Source: Bacteriovoracia bacterium
GTDB taxonomy: Bacteria; Bdellovibrionota; UBA1018; JBFWNL01
Reading direction: 5' to 3'
Assembly: GCA_050251055.1 (NCBI GenBank)
Contig: JBFWNL010000003.1
Location: forward strand, 1 to 64,000
Length of the DNA: 64,000 nt
The first letter of the stretch is position 1; the number at the start of each line of letters is the position of its first letter. The position numbers were made by a program, and so were the translations under genes. This document shows positions 1 to 9,350 of this stretch, piece by piece. A model generated the notes under the pieces. It saw only the letters and a list, made by a program, of their open reading frames with translations. It was not told the DNA's origin and searched no databases.

Positions 1-14
1 ACTCACTAGTCCCG

Positions 15-36
15 CGGCGCCACACGTGTGGCGCCG
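15..36. repeat. Perfect 22-bp palindrome CGGCGCCACACGTGTGGCGCCG
   Basis: Equals its own reverse complement; lies about 60 bp upstream of the kinase gene. Confidence 0.8.
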
Positions 37-94
37 TACGCATGAAACACACCTTTTGCTCACGCTTCCCCCGCGTTGTTCCCGATAAGGAAAC

Positions 95-1129
95 GTGGAG
101 TTTCATAACATCGGACAGCGCATCACGCCGATTTTCATCGTTAGCTTAAGCGTCGCCCTGGGCACGGCCGCTTGGGCCGTGGACAGCTACGCGTCGAGGT
201 GCGTTCAAGCCACGATCGATCAGGTGCTGCGGCGACTCCCCGGCGAGCCTACGGAAGTGCGCCGAATTTGGATGCCCCGAAACGCTTCTTCCTACAGCGA
301 CGAAGATTGGCAAGAGCTAGTCACGCTGGGCTGGGACGGCCGCCTGACGGCCAACCGAATCCTCGAAGGTCGGGATGCCCAGGGAAATCTGGTCACCGTG
401 ATTAAGTTTGCCCGCTCGCCGCTGGAAGCGCATGGATTCCGGCAGGTCTTCGAACCCGGCGGGCTGGCCAAGCGCGAGGTCCTCGCTTACGACATCGATC
501 GGCTCTTTGGCATGGGACTCGTGCCGCGCACGAGTTTCGGCGAAACCTCGGATGGAAATATTGTGACGATGCAAGCGTACCTGAAAGGATATCATGACTT
601 GGGGGCCAGGCCCGGCTGGGCGGAGCGGGTTCCCGATGCCGACTGGCAGCGCTGCACTCTCTTCGACCTGATGACCGGAGCAATCGACCGACACGAAGCC
701 AACCTCATGATCAACGAGGACGGCCGAATCGCCTTAATTGACAACGGAGCTATGCTGTCCCCCCACAATCGGTCCGGCCAGGTCAATTTGCTAGAACGTC
801 CGGAAGTCATCGAGGCGATTCACCGGCCCCTGAGCGACGACGTGAAAGCGCAGTTCCTGGCCGTGCGGTGGGAAGAACTGCAAAAACTGATGGATCGATA
901 CGAAATTCCGCCCGAGGCGCAAGCGCTCGCCGAGAGCCGCTTCGTCGCTATCCAGGCGGGGCTGCGGGCGAACGCGCCACTCGCGGAGTTACGAAACAAG
1001 CTCGCCATCCGTCGCGGATCGCCAAAGACCACCACGCTGATCATCGGGGGCGCGGCCGTCACGGGAGCCGTCGGTGTGGGCGTGATCCGGCACTACATCG
1101 ATAAGTCGGAATCGAAAGAAAAACCTTAG
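95..1129 (+). CDS. Secreted/membrane-anchored PI3/4-kinase-like (HipA/PI4K-II-like) atypical kinase
   Basis: Signal peptide ending TAAWA; motifs VIKF, KREVLAYDIDRLFGMGLVPRT, DRHEANLMI, IDNG; C-terminal hydrophobic helix. Confidence 0.75.
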   Translation: MEFHNIGQRITPIFIVSLSVALGTAAWAVDSYASRCVQATIDQVLRRLPGEPTEVRRIWMPRNASSYSDEDWQELVTLGWDGRLTANRILEGRDAQGNLVTVIKFARSPLEAHGFRQVFEPGGLAKREVLAYDIDRLFGMGLVPRTSFGETSDGNIVTMQAYLKGYHDLGARPGWAERVPDADWQRCTLFDLMTGAIDRHEANLMINEDGRIALIDNGAMLSPHNRSGQVNLLERPEVIEAIHRPLSDDVKAQFLAVRWEELQKLMDRYEIPPEAQALAESRFVAIQAGLRANAPLAELRNKLAIRRGSPKTTTLIIGGAAVTGAVGVGVIRHYIDKSESKEKP

Positions 1130-1269
1130 GTGCCCGCGGGCGTCATCACCGGTGCCGGCGTCGTGCCAGAGGGCACTTCTCGGGAAGCGTTCATCGTTAC
1201 GATCGCCATCACGAAGGAAACCACTACGCCGGCCACCGCCGCCCAGAACGCGAAATCAAGAGCTTTCAT
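1126..1269 (-). CDS. 47-aa single-TM small protein MKALDFAFWAAVAGVVVSFVMAIVTMNASREVPSGTTPAPVMTPAGT (not in ORF track)
   Basis: Translated by hand; ATG 33 nt after the phosphatase stop, co-directional; N-terminal TM segment; fills the gap to the kinase stop. Confidence 0.55.
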   Translation of the reverse strand: MKALDFAFWAAVAGVVVSFVMAIVTMNASREVPSGTTPAPVMTPAGT

Positions 1270-1302
1270 ACCGGGGAACCTAACAGGGCCCGGGCCCCGT
1301 CG

Positions 1303-1977
1303 TCAACCCGTAGGCGGAGGGCTTTCTTCGCCCTCGGGCTCCACCGGCAGTAGCGCCGCCGGCAGCTCTTCGCCATCGCGGCAGTACTTCGATTTGTCGT
1401 AATATTTGTAGTTCGACTTACACGGGAAATAAGTTTCATAGGCGTCGTCCATTCCCGCGTAAAGCTCCTGGATGAAGTAGCGCTTGGTCGGGACAAAGAG
1501 CTCGATATGGTGGTATTTCGGGGTCAGCATTTCCAACGCCTCTTCCTTGCTCTTCCCCATGTACTCCATCTGATAAATAACCGAAGCCTCGCCGGTACGA
1601 TCGGCGCCCACCCGGCAATGCAGCAGGATCGGGCGCGGCGCGTTCCGCAGCGAATCCAGCAGCTTCAATAAATCACGGCGGTGCTGAAGTCGCGAATTAC
1701 TGAACGGGATATTGATCAGGGTCACGCCCTTGTCCTTGGCGACCTGGGTTTCATCCCGGAACCAGCTGGCTTTGGGGTCCTCGCCCCGCAAGTTAATGAT
1801 GGTCTTGATCCCGTAAGTGTCGATGGCCAGATTCAGTTCGGGCTTAGTCAGCTGAGCCGAGCGATAATACCGTCCGGGATCGATTTCATGGAAGTTTGCC
1901 GACACCCGGCAGCCCGAGATGCCCAGCGCCCCCGCCAAACCCACCATCACCCAAGCCAACCGTGTTTTAGGGTACAT
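1303..1977 (-). CDS. Lipoprotein tyrosine/dual-specificity phosphatase
   Basis: Lipobox ISGC; YYRSAQ, GIKTIINLRG, P-loop HCRVGADRTG (CX5R). Confidence 0.88.
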   Translation of the reverse strand: MYPKTRLAWVMVGLAGALGISGCRVSANFHEIDPGRYYRSAQLTKPELNLAIDTYGIKTIINLRGEDPKASWFRDETQVAKDKGVTLINIPFSNSRLQHRRDLLKLLDSLRNAPRPILLHCRVGADRTGEASVIYQMEYMGKSKEEALEMLTPKYHHIELFVPTKRYFIQELYAGMDDAYETYFPCKSNYKYYDKSKYCRDGEELPAALLPVEPEGEESPPPTG

Positions 1978-2081
1978 CCTTCGCCCTTCCTCTGGATATT
2001 TTCCCCATTAAAGACGGTTTCGATCAAAAGGGGAACCGGCATTTCTTTGACGCTTTGCTCGAAATTCAGTAGGAATGAGGC

Positions 2082-2495
2082 ATGACGATGCTGGGCATGC
2101 GACATCTCGCTTTGAACGTATCCGATCCGCAACGATCGAAGGACTTCTATACCCGCGTCCTGGGCATGCAAGTCGAATGGGAACCCGATGCCGATAATGT
2201 CTACCTAACTTCCGAGGGGCAGGACAATCTAGCCCTCCATAAACTTCCTTCGCAGGCCGGCGCGCCTGCGGCGCCCCAAGCGCTCGATCACCTTGGATTC
2301 GTGCTGGCGCGCATCGACGACGTGGATCAGTGGTACAAACGCGTGAAGTCTTATGGCATTGCCATCGTGAATGAATTGAAAACACATCGGGATGGCGCGC
2401 GTTCGTTTTATTTCCGGGATCCCGACGGGATTCTGATCCAGATCATCTACCATCCGCCGATTGCGCAGGCCTCGGCGCGCCCACCCAAGCCCTAG
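2082..2495 (+). CDS. VOC/glyoxalase family protein
   Basis: HLALNVSD..RSKDFY..VLG, DHLGF, SFYFRDPDG. Confidence 0.9.
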   Translation: MTMLGMRHLALNVSDPQRSKDFYTRVLGMQVEWEPDADNVYLTSEGQDNLALHKLPSQAGAPAAPQALDHLGFVLARIDDVDQWYKRVKSYGIAIVNELKTHRDGARSFYFRDPDGILIQIIYHPPIAQASARPPKP

Positions 2496-2836
2496 AACGA
2501 GATTTCAAGACGCGCCATCTCGCGGACGGTTTCCCGCAAGAACGCGTACAGCTCGATTCCTTTGCCCTTGTCGTCGATCCATTGCCCCGTAACGATATCG
2601 TGATTGAAGTGATGCGCAATGCCCTTGGCGGCGAATGCCACCCAAAGCTGTCGCAGCGACGGCTGGGTGCTGAGAATCAGTTTGGATTTACCGCCAAAGA
2701 CGATGGCCAGCGTGCCCAGGCCGGGCTCACACTCGGCCGCATCGGGATCGACATTCTCGAACGCCGCCTCCACGCGGGCAAATGCCTTTTGAATGAGTTG
2801 GCGATACTCAGCTTCGCTTAGCATCGGTATGACCAT
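2492..2836 (-). CDS. cyaY: Iron donor protein CyaY (frataxin); start may be 2824
   Basis: Acidic N-helix, GTLAI.F, ILSTQPSLRQLWVA, HF..D...W.DDKG. Confidence 0.8.
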   Translation of the reverse strand: MVIPMLSEAEYRQLIQKAFARVEAAFENVDPDAAECEPGLGTLAIVFGGKSKLILSTQPSLRQLWVAFAAKGIAHHFNHDIVTGQWIDDKGKGIELYAFLRETVREMARLEISF

Positions 2837-4079
2837 GAGCCCCTACATTCACTACGTTTACCGCCGCATCGGCGATGCAAAGCGCGCGCTCCCCGCGCAA
2901 AAAGGCCAGAATCTTGTTCCCCACCATGTGGGCCGCGCCGTGGGTCATCAGCCCGTGCTTGACGAGATCCTCGGCATCGGCCGGGTGTAGGCGCAGAACC
3001 TCGAGCAGCTGCTGCGTGTTCAAAAGGTATTTGGCCGCGATGCGATTGTCGTCGGCCAAGATACCGACGTAGCAACGCAGCAAATCGAGCGCGCGGCTTT
3101 CCTGCGAGTTCGGCGGACGCGAGCGGCTGAGATCGAGCTGCAGGCGCTCCGGATTTTCCAAGGCCTTCTTGATGAGACGGATCAGCTCTTCGCCGCTCTT
3201 TTTCATCTCGCCCTTATTCAAGCCACGGAAGGCGGAAAGATGGGCCATGTCCTGCGGACAGACGCGCGCCAAATCCATCAGCACGCCGTCGTCGGCGACC
3301 CAGCGACGGGGCACGTTCAGCTCCCGCACGCGCCGCTCGCGCCAGCGCATCAACTCCAGCAACACGGCCGATGCTTTCTTATCGAGACGGCCGCCCTTCA
3401 GCAGTTTCTCCGCGATCGCTTCGGGCCGTTCGTCGTAATTTTCTTTGCGCTCAAATTCGGCGGAGAGTTCGCGCGCCCATTCCCACCGGTCGAGTTCCCG
3501 CAATTGTTCGGCGAGGCGCTCGCCCAGCTCGATCAGGTGGGTTACGTCCGCCAAGGCGTACTCCGCTAACTGCGGCTGCAGCGGTCGCACGCCCCAGTTC
3601 GTGCGGGCATGGCCTTTCTTAAGCTTGATATCCAAAACAGATTTCAAGAGATTCGCCAGGCCCACGTTTTCGCCAAAGCCACAGAGTGCGGCGGCGACCG
3701 CGGTATCGACGATGGGCGTGGCCACCACGCCTAAATTAGTGAACAGGCACTCCTGATCGCCTTGGGCGGCGTGCACCCATTTCAAGATTTTTGGATCGGT
3801 GAAAACATCCAGTAGCGGCTGCAGGGGCGCGCGCCAATCCTTTACCTCCCGGTGTTGGCGACGGAAGGCTTGCACGTCGACGAGCCATGCGGAGTCGCGC
3901 CTGGAAACCTGGATGATCTGAAGATCGGGAAAGAAAGTAGACTCACGGATAAATTCCGTGTCGAAAGCGACCACCGGTCCATCCCAGGTGCCATTGCCAC
4001 CCGTCGGTTGGTTTCGCAGTTCTTTCGCTAATGCGGTGATTTCTTCCGGACGCGTGAGCAGTTCAAAGTGCAGATTCAT
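2808..4079 (-). CDS. rnd: Ribonuclease D
   Basis: AFDTEFIRE, HAAQGD, DTAVAAAL, TNWGVRPL..Q..YALADV, HRDC-like WRERR..NVPRRWV. Confidence 0.93.
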   Translation of the reverse strand: MNLHFELLTRPEEITALAKELRNQPTGGNGTWDGPVVAFDTEFIRESTFFPDLQIIQVSRRDSAWLVDVQAFRRQHREVKDWRAPLQPLLDVFTDPKILKWVHAAQGDQECLFTNLGVVATPIVDTAVAAALCGFGENVGLANLLKSVLDIKLKKGHARTNWGVRPLQPQLAEYALADVTHLIELGERLAEQLRELDRWEWARELSAEFERKENYDERPEAIAEKLLKGGRLDKKASAVLLELMRWRERRVRELNVPRRWVADDGVLMDLARVCPQDMAHLSAFRGLNKGEMKKSGEELIRLIKKALENPERLQLDLSRSRPPNSQESRALDLLRCYVGILADDNRIAAKYLLNTQQLLEVLRLHPADAEDLVKHGLMTHGAAHMVGNKILAFLRGERALCIADAAVNVVNVGAHGHTDAKRS

Positions 4080-4152
4080 CGTTTACCGTTTCACCCGGAT
4101 CCTCCCGGGTCCCCCAGTTCCTGCTGGGCCAGCCGGCCAATGGCCGTTGCAA

Positions 4153-4617
4153 TTAAGCGGCGCGTTTAACGCCAGGGTCTGCGGCGCGAATCGCCGACAG
4201 CTCGAAGACTCTAATTCTCACTTTTGCGTTGGGGCTGGCAAGGGTGAAATCCTTGCGAGCCCGATCTTCTTGATAAATTTGGTACGCATAGCTCGCGATG
4301 ATGCGGGTCGCGTCGGATTCCGACTTTTGGTATTCCTCGATCTTGATCTTGGAGCGCAGCCATTGCACGCCCTGGTCCTGGATTTCGGGTTTCAAGAAAG
4401 GTTGCGACAGAAGTTCTTCGACGTAATCGCCGAACTCTTCGTCTTCTTTTTCCTGGCGCTCCCGGAGGTCGTAAATCAAGGCCAGCGGGTTGCCATCCCC
4501 CTGATCCATGCCTTTTTCCAGGATGCCTATCTCACGGTCGTCGGATAGCGCCTCGACCAGTACCGGAGATTCCCCATGCGTATTCACAACGAGCGCGACA
4601 GTTCCGACTTTCTTCAT
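4153..4617 (-). CDS. Acidic hypothetical protein
   Basis: 154-aa ORF with RBS (GGAGGCAGGAA) and typical codon usage. Confidence 0.75.
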   Translation of the reverse strand: MKKVGTVALVVNTHGESPVLVEALSDDREIGILEKGMDQGDGNPLALIYDLRERQEKEDEEFGDYVEELLSQPFLKPEIQDQGVQWLRSKIKIEEYQKSESDATRIIASYAYQIYQEDRARKDFTLASPNAKVRIRVFELSAIRAADPGVKRAA

Positions 4618-4749
4618 TTCCTGCCTCCGTAGCCAAGTCCGAGTTGTCTATCCATCGTTCGTTGCGCCTTATGATTGCCTTGCCCTAACAAGATACTATT
4701 CGGAGTAATTATGTCAGGTAATGACCGGCTTAACAAACTGAGGTTCCGG

Positions 4750-4778
4750 GTGACACGTTAAACCGCCTAAGGTAGCGT
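4750..4778 (+). promoter_or_regulatory. Sigma70-like promoter for dinG (GTGACA-17-TAGCGT)
   Basis: 17-bp spacing; 12 nt upstream of ATG 4791. Confidence 0.45.
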
Positions 4779-4790
4779 TCCGGCTCACTT

Positions 4791-7586
4791 ATGGGTGTGC
4801 CCAAATTTGTCATCTTAGACTTCGAAACCACGGGCCAAACCCCGGGTCCCCACGAGATCATCGAAATCGGGGCGGTCCTGGTGGAAGGGATGCTGGAAGT
4901 CGCCCGCTACGAGACGCTGGTGCGTCCGCACAGCCCCATCCCCCTCGAGATCACCCGCCTCACCGGCATCACGAATGAAATGGTGGCTACGGCCCCGCGC
5001 TTGGAAGAAGTCGCGGCCCCCTTCCTGGAGTTCCTGGGCGACTACCCGATCGTGGCCCATAACAACGCCTTCGAGCAGGCGTTCCTGGATCACTTCCTCA
5101 AGCCCCTGGCTTTAGACGGAAAGACATTCGAAACCCACAACACGATCGACCCCATCGCGCTCGTGCTGCCAGAAGCGCCGTCGCTCTCGCTCGAAAACCT
5201 GCGGCGCCGGGCCGGCGTCGATAACCGCGATGCCCACCGCGCGCTCAAAGACAGCATCGATACCCTCAAGGTCCTGGAGTACGTGCAGGACATATTGAAA
5301 AAAGAACGCCCCCAGATCGCCCGCATCGCTCTCGATACGTTGGGCGATGGCTACTGGTGGCACTGGTTCTTTAATGAGGCCGCGACCCAAGGCGGGCTCG
5401 ACCTTACCTCCGCTCCTGGCGACGAACTTGGCGACCTGAAGGAGCTGCGCAACGAGGACAAGACGAAGGAAATCGACTGGGCCGTGGATCTACCGGAAAG
5501 CGCGATCCACGAAACCCTGCAAGGCGCCGACGGCAAGGACGGTTTCCAATACCGCGAAGCCCAGGAAGTGATGTCGCGCGAGATCTTTACCGCCCTGACC
5601 CAAGGCCAGAAGAAGGCGATCGAAGCGCCGACCGGCACCGGAAAATCGATGGCGTACCTGCTGCCGGGTTACTTGGTGGCCGAAAAGACCGGGGCGCCGC
5701 TCGTCGTGTCCACGCACAGCAAGTCGCTCCAAGATCAGTTACTGGAAAAAGACATCCCGCGCCTGGGCCAGATTCTGGGCCGCGAAGTACACGCGACCGC
5801 GGTGAAGGGCCAGGAGAATTACCTCTGCCTGCGTAAGCTGCACGAGCTGGTCGATTCGCTAAAAGAGAATAATTTCGAGGGCAGCACCCAGGAAGAGCTC
5901 TGGTGCACGACTTACTTGCTCGCGTATGCGTCGGTTTCACCGCTCGTGGAAGTGAACCGGGTGTCTTATTACTTACGGACGCTCTTTCCGCCCTTCAATT
6001 CCGTGCTGGATCAAGTCCGCTCGCACCACAGCACGACGATCGGGCCGAAGTGTCCCTTTTACAAGCGCTGTCACTTCTTTAATAGCGCGCGCAAAGCGCA
6101 TCAATCGGAAGTGATCGTGGCCAATCATTCATTGACCTTCCAATGGCCCGCGCACCTGCCGCAGATCCGCAACATCATCTTCGACGAAGCCCACCACCTG
6201 GAAGACCAGATCACCGAGGCCTACACGGTGGAAATGACGGAGAACGCAATCACCGAACTCACCCGCCGCTTGACGCGCAAGTCGAAGAACAAACGCGCGA
6301 AGAGCGAACTAGGCTTGGTCGCCAGTCTTTTCCTAAATCTGAAGCTGTCGTTGGAGATGAGCGACCGCAATCACCGGGACGACTTGGAAGCGCTCGCGAA
6401 GACCATCCAAGACAAGCTCGCCGACGTGAACGCCCGCTTCGTCGCGCACACCAAAGCCGCTCCCGCGTCGGACTGGGAAACCATCATCAACCTATCGATG
6501 ACTCCCGCCGCCCGCACGCAGGGGCTGACGGACGGATTGCGCGGGCTCCATGACGCCGTCAAGGCCATGGCCGATTACCTCGGCCACGCGCACCGGGCGC
6601 TTGAACAGGAAAAGCGCCGGGAAGCGGGCCAATTGGATCTGTCGATTGACCTGCTCACGAACTACTACGAGCATTACTTCGAATACCAGACGGCCTTGGC
6701 CGCGATCTTGGACGACTCGCGCGAGAACTGGCTGCGCCTGCTCTTTTGGGAAAAGAACAAGGGTGTTTGGCGCCTCGAAGTCAATCCCATCGAAGTGCAG
6801 CCTTTAACTGAAAGCTTCTTCAAGGAAAAGCGCTCCGTCGTGCTCACGTCGGCCACCCTTTCGACGGGAGCTTCCACCGAGTTTGTCACTTCGCGCATCG
6901 GATTTAAACCCGACACCAAGCTCATCTCGCTGCCGTCGCCTTATCCGTTGCACCGCCAAGCCGTGGCGTACATCCCCGGTGACGTCCGGCAACCCGGGAC
7001 TCCCGAACACCTGGAAGCATTGATTGATTTCACGGAGCAGACCACGCTCGCGCTGCAAGGACGGACCCTGTTACTGATTACGTCGAATTTCCGATTACGA
7101 AAGGCGGCGGACGAGCTGCGGGCGCGCCTCGAGCCACAGGGCATCCAGGTCTTTGACGCGCTCTCGGATTCCCGTGCGGCCGAGCTCTTCCGAAACTCAG
7201 AGCGGGCGCTTCTGATCGGCAGCGAGAAGTACGGCGAAGGTCTCGATATTCCTGGCCGTGCCTTAAGCTGCGTGATCGTCGAGAAGATCAACGAAGCCAT
7301 GACCCGCGGGCCCCTTGCGGAAGCTCGCAAGGAAAAAACCAAGTTCGCGCTGTTTGACTACGACTTCCCGCTACGCATGATGTGGCTCCGGCAGCGCGTG
7401 GGGCGTCTCATTCGCTCCGCGACCGATCAGGGCTACGTGGTAGTTTTCGACCCGCGTTACCATAACTGGAGCCCAGGTACGCGCACGGTCGTGCATAAGG
7501 CGTTGGCGCCGATTCCTATCAAGGCCGGGACGCGAGATCAGATCCTGGCCGATATCCAGGCCAAGGAAGCGTCACTTTCGCATTAG
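4791..7586 (+). CDS. dinG: DinG-family helicase with N-terminal DEDDh 3'-5' exonuclease
   Basis: ILDFETTG, VAHN, HRALKD; Walker A EAPTGTGKS, IIFDEAHHL, LTSATL, GEGLDIPG, QRVGRLIRS. Confidence 0.92.
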   Translation: MGVPKFVILDFETTGQTPGPHEIIEIGAVLVEGMLEVARYETLVRPHSPIPLEITRLTGITNEMVATAPRLEEVAAPFLEFLGDYPIVAHNNAFEQAFLDHFLKPLALDGKTFETHNTIDPIALVLPEAPSLSLENLRRRAGVDNRDAHRALKDSIDTLKVLEYVQDILKKERPQIARIALDTLGDGYWWHWFFNEAATQGGLDLTSAPGDELGDLKELRNEDKTKEIDWAVDLPESAIHETLQGADGKDGFQYREAQEVMSREIFTALTQGQKKAIEAPTGTGKSMAYLLPGYLVAEKTGAPLVVSTHSKSLQDQLLEKDIPRLGQILGREVHATAVKGQENYLCLRKLHELVDSLKENNFEGSTQEELWCTTYLLAYASVSPLVEVNRVSYYLRTLFPPFNSVLDQVRSHHSTTIGPKCPFYKRCHFFNSARKAHQSEVIVANHSLTFQWPAHLPQIRNIIFDEAHHLEDQITEAYTVEMTENAITELTRRLTRKSKNKRAKSELGLVASLFLNLKLSLEMSDRNHRDDLEALAKTIQDKLADVNARFVAHTKAAPASDWETIINLSMTPAARTQGLTDGLRGLHDAVKAMADYLGHAHRALEQEKRREAGQLDLSIDLLTNYYEHYFEYQTALAAILDDSRENWLRLLFWEKNKGVWRLEVNPIEVQPLTESFFKEKRSVVLTSATLSTGASTEFVTSRIGFKPDTKLISLPSPYPLHRQAVAYIPGDVRQPGTPEHLEALIDFTEQTTLALQGRTLLLITSNFRLRKAADELRARLEPQGIQVFDALSDSRAAELFRNSERALLIGSEKYGEGLDIPGRALSCVIVEKINEAMTRGPLAEARKEKTKFALFDYDFPLRMMWLRQRVGRLIRSATDQGYVVVFDPRYHNWSPGTRTVVHKALAPIPIKAGTRDQILADIQAKEASLSH

Positions 7587-7597
7587 TCACCACCAGG

Positions 7598-7626
7598 TTG
7601 CACGCCCGTAAGCACCATGCTAAATC
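7598..7626 (+). promoter_or_regulatory. Sigma70-like promoter for prfC (TTGCAC-17-TAAATC, TG extension)
   Basis: Spacing and position 13 nt before ATG 7640. Confidence 0.45.
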
Positions 7627-7639
7627 CCGGGATAGTTCT

Positions 7640-9292
7640 ATGGCCACCGCGGATCAGATCAAACAGGAAGTCGCCCGACGCCGCACGTTCGCGATCATCT
7701 CGCACCCAGATGCTGGGAAGACCACGCTCACGGAAAAGCTCCTCTTATATGGTGGAGCCATCCACCTGGCCGGGGCCGTGAAAGCCAAGAAAAACCAGCG
7801 CAACACCACCTCCGACTGGATGGAGATCGAAAAGCAGCGCGGGATCTCCGTCAGCGCGAGCGTCCTGCAGTTTGAATATTTCGGAACGCAGGTCAACCTC
7901 CTCGATACGCCGGGCCACAAGGACTTCTCCGAGGACACCTACCGCACCTTGATGGCGGCCGACGCCGCCGTGATGCTGATTGACGCCGCCAAGGGCGTCG
8001 AGCCGCAGACCCGCAAGCTCTTTGAAGTCTGCCGCATGCGCGGAATCCCGATTTTTACCTTCATCAACAAGCTCGACCGACCGTCGCGCGAACCACTCGA
8101 TCTGATCGACGAGACCGAGAAGGTGCTCGGCATCCGCTCTTCGCCCATGACCTGGCCCATCGGGACTGGAGATCGTTTCCGCGGGGTCTACGATCGCCAC
8201 TCGAAAGAAATCCTGCTCTTCCAAACCGAAGGCGAGGCGAATCAGCGCGGCAAGCTCGAGCCCGTGCAGATGACCGGGATCGACGACCCGAAATTCATCC
8301 AGCTGCTCGGCGGCCCGAATAACGACGAACACGAAGCCAAGTATCTGTACGATCAACTCAAAGCCGAGCTCGAGCTGCTCGAAGCGGCCGGGGATGAGCT
8401 GGATATCGCCAAGGTCTTGAAGGGCGAGCTCTCGCCGGTCTTCTTCGGAAGCGCCATGAATAACTTCGGCGTGCAACGTTTTCTAGAGGAGTTCATCAAG
8501 ATCGCCCCTCACCCGTCGGCGCGACAAGGCTCCGCGGGGCCGGTGGAGCCTTGGCACGAAAAATTTTCATCGTTTGTTTTTAAGATCCAAGCGAACATGG
8601 ACCCCAATCACCGTGACCGCGTGGCGTTCATGCGTATTTGCTCGGGCCACTTCGTGCGCAACATGACGGCCAAGCACTCGCGCCTAGAGAAGGAATTCAA
8701 GCTCGCGCGCCCGCTCAACTTCTTCGGCCAGGAGCGCGTGATCGTCGAGGAAGCCTGGCCAGGGGACATCGTCGGCATGGTCGACACCACGGGAAGCCTG
8801 CGCATCGGCGACACCCTTTGCGAAGGAAAGGTTTTCGAGTACGCCACCATCCCCGCGTTTTCACCCGAGCACTTCGCGTCCGTGCGTATCCTCGATCCGC
8901 TCAAGCGCAAGCAGCTAAAAGCCGGGCTGGACCAGCTTTCGGAAGAAGGCGTCGTACAAGTCTACCGCCAGCGTGACTTCGGCGATCGCGACCCCGTGCT
9001 GGGCGCGGTCGGCGCGCTGCAGTTCGAAGTGCTCCAGCACCGGCTGCTCGCCGAATACAGCGTCGACGTGAAAATGGAAAAACTGGGCTATGCGCACGCC
9101 CGCTGGGTCACCGGTCCGGTGGACCTGGACTTTTTTGAACGCCGCGAAGATAGCCGCTGCCTGCTTGACCGCGACGGCAACCCGGTGTTGCTCTTTAAGA
9201 GCGACTGGTCGCTCCGCTGGGCCGAGGACAACCACAAGCAGCTGCAGTTTCTCAAGACGGCGCCACCCAAGAAGTCCGACGGCAAAAAATAA
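7640..9292 (+). CDS. prfC: Peptide chain release factor 3
   Basis: RRRTFAIISHPDAGKTTLTEKLLL, SDWMEIEKQRGISV, DTPGHKDFSEDTYR, FKIQANMDPNHRDR. Confidence 0.98.
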   Translation: MATADQIKQEVARRRTFAIISHPDAGKTTLTEKLLLYGGAIHLAGAVKAKKNQRNTTSDWMEIEKQRGISVSASVLQFEYFGTQVNLLDTPGHKDFSEDTYRTLMAADAAVMLIDAAKGVEPQTRKLFEVCRMRGIPIFTFINKLDRPSREPLDLIDETEKVLGIRSSPMTWPIGTGDRFRGVYDRHSKEILLFQTEGEANQRGKLEPVQMTGIDDPKFIQLLGGPNNDEHEAKYLYDQLKAELELLEAAGDELDIAKVLKGELSPVFFGSAMNNFGVQRFLEEFIKIAPHPSARQGSAGPVEPWHEKFSSFVFKIQANMDPNHRDRVAFMRICSGHFVRNMTAKHSRLEKEFKLARPLNFFGQERVIVEEAWPGDIVGMVDTTGSLRIGDTLCEGKVFEYATIPAFSPEHFASVRILDPLKRKQLKAGLDQLSEEGVVQVYRQRDFGDRDPVLGAVGALQFEVLQHRLLAEYSVDVKMEKLGYAHARWVTGPVDLDFFERREDSRCLLDRDGNPVLLFKSDWSLRWAEDNHKQLQFLKTAPPKKSDGKK

Positions 9293-9331
9293 CGAAGGCC
9301 GCCGCCAGGTTGCCCCGGCCGGCGGCCTTCG
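9293..9331. terminator. 12-bp GC hairpin between convergent genes
   Basis: CGAAGGCCGCCG / CGGCGGCCTTCG; no adjacent U-tract. Confidence 0.55.
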
Positions 9332-9350
9332 CCCTCTCACCAAATTTTTG

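Noticed and set aside
1130-1402. 90-aa + strand ORF after the kinase
   Set aside because: Overlaps the phosphatase; the minus-strand 47-aa TM ORF is more plausible
4720-4790. c-di-GMP (GEMM) riboswitch-like GCCTAA..GGTAGCG
   Set aside because: No GGCAAAC/GAAA/GACGCAAA elements; better explained as the dinG promoter
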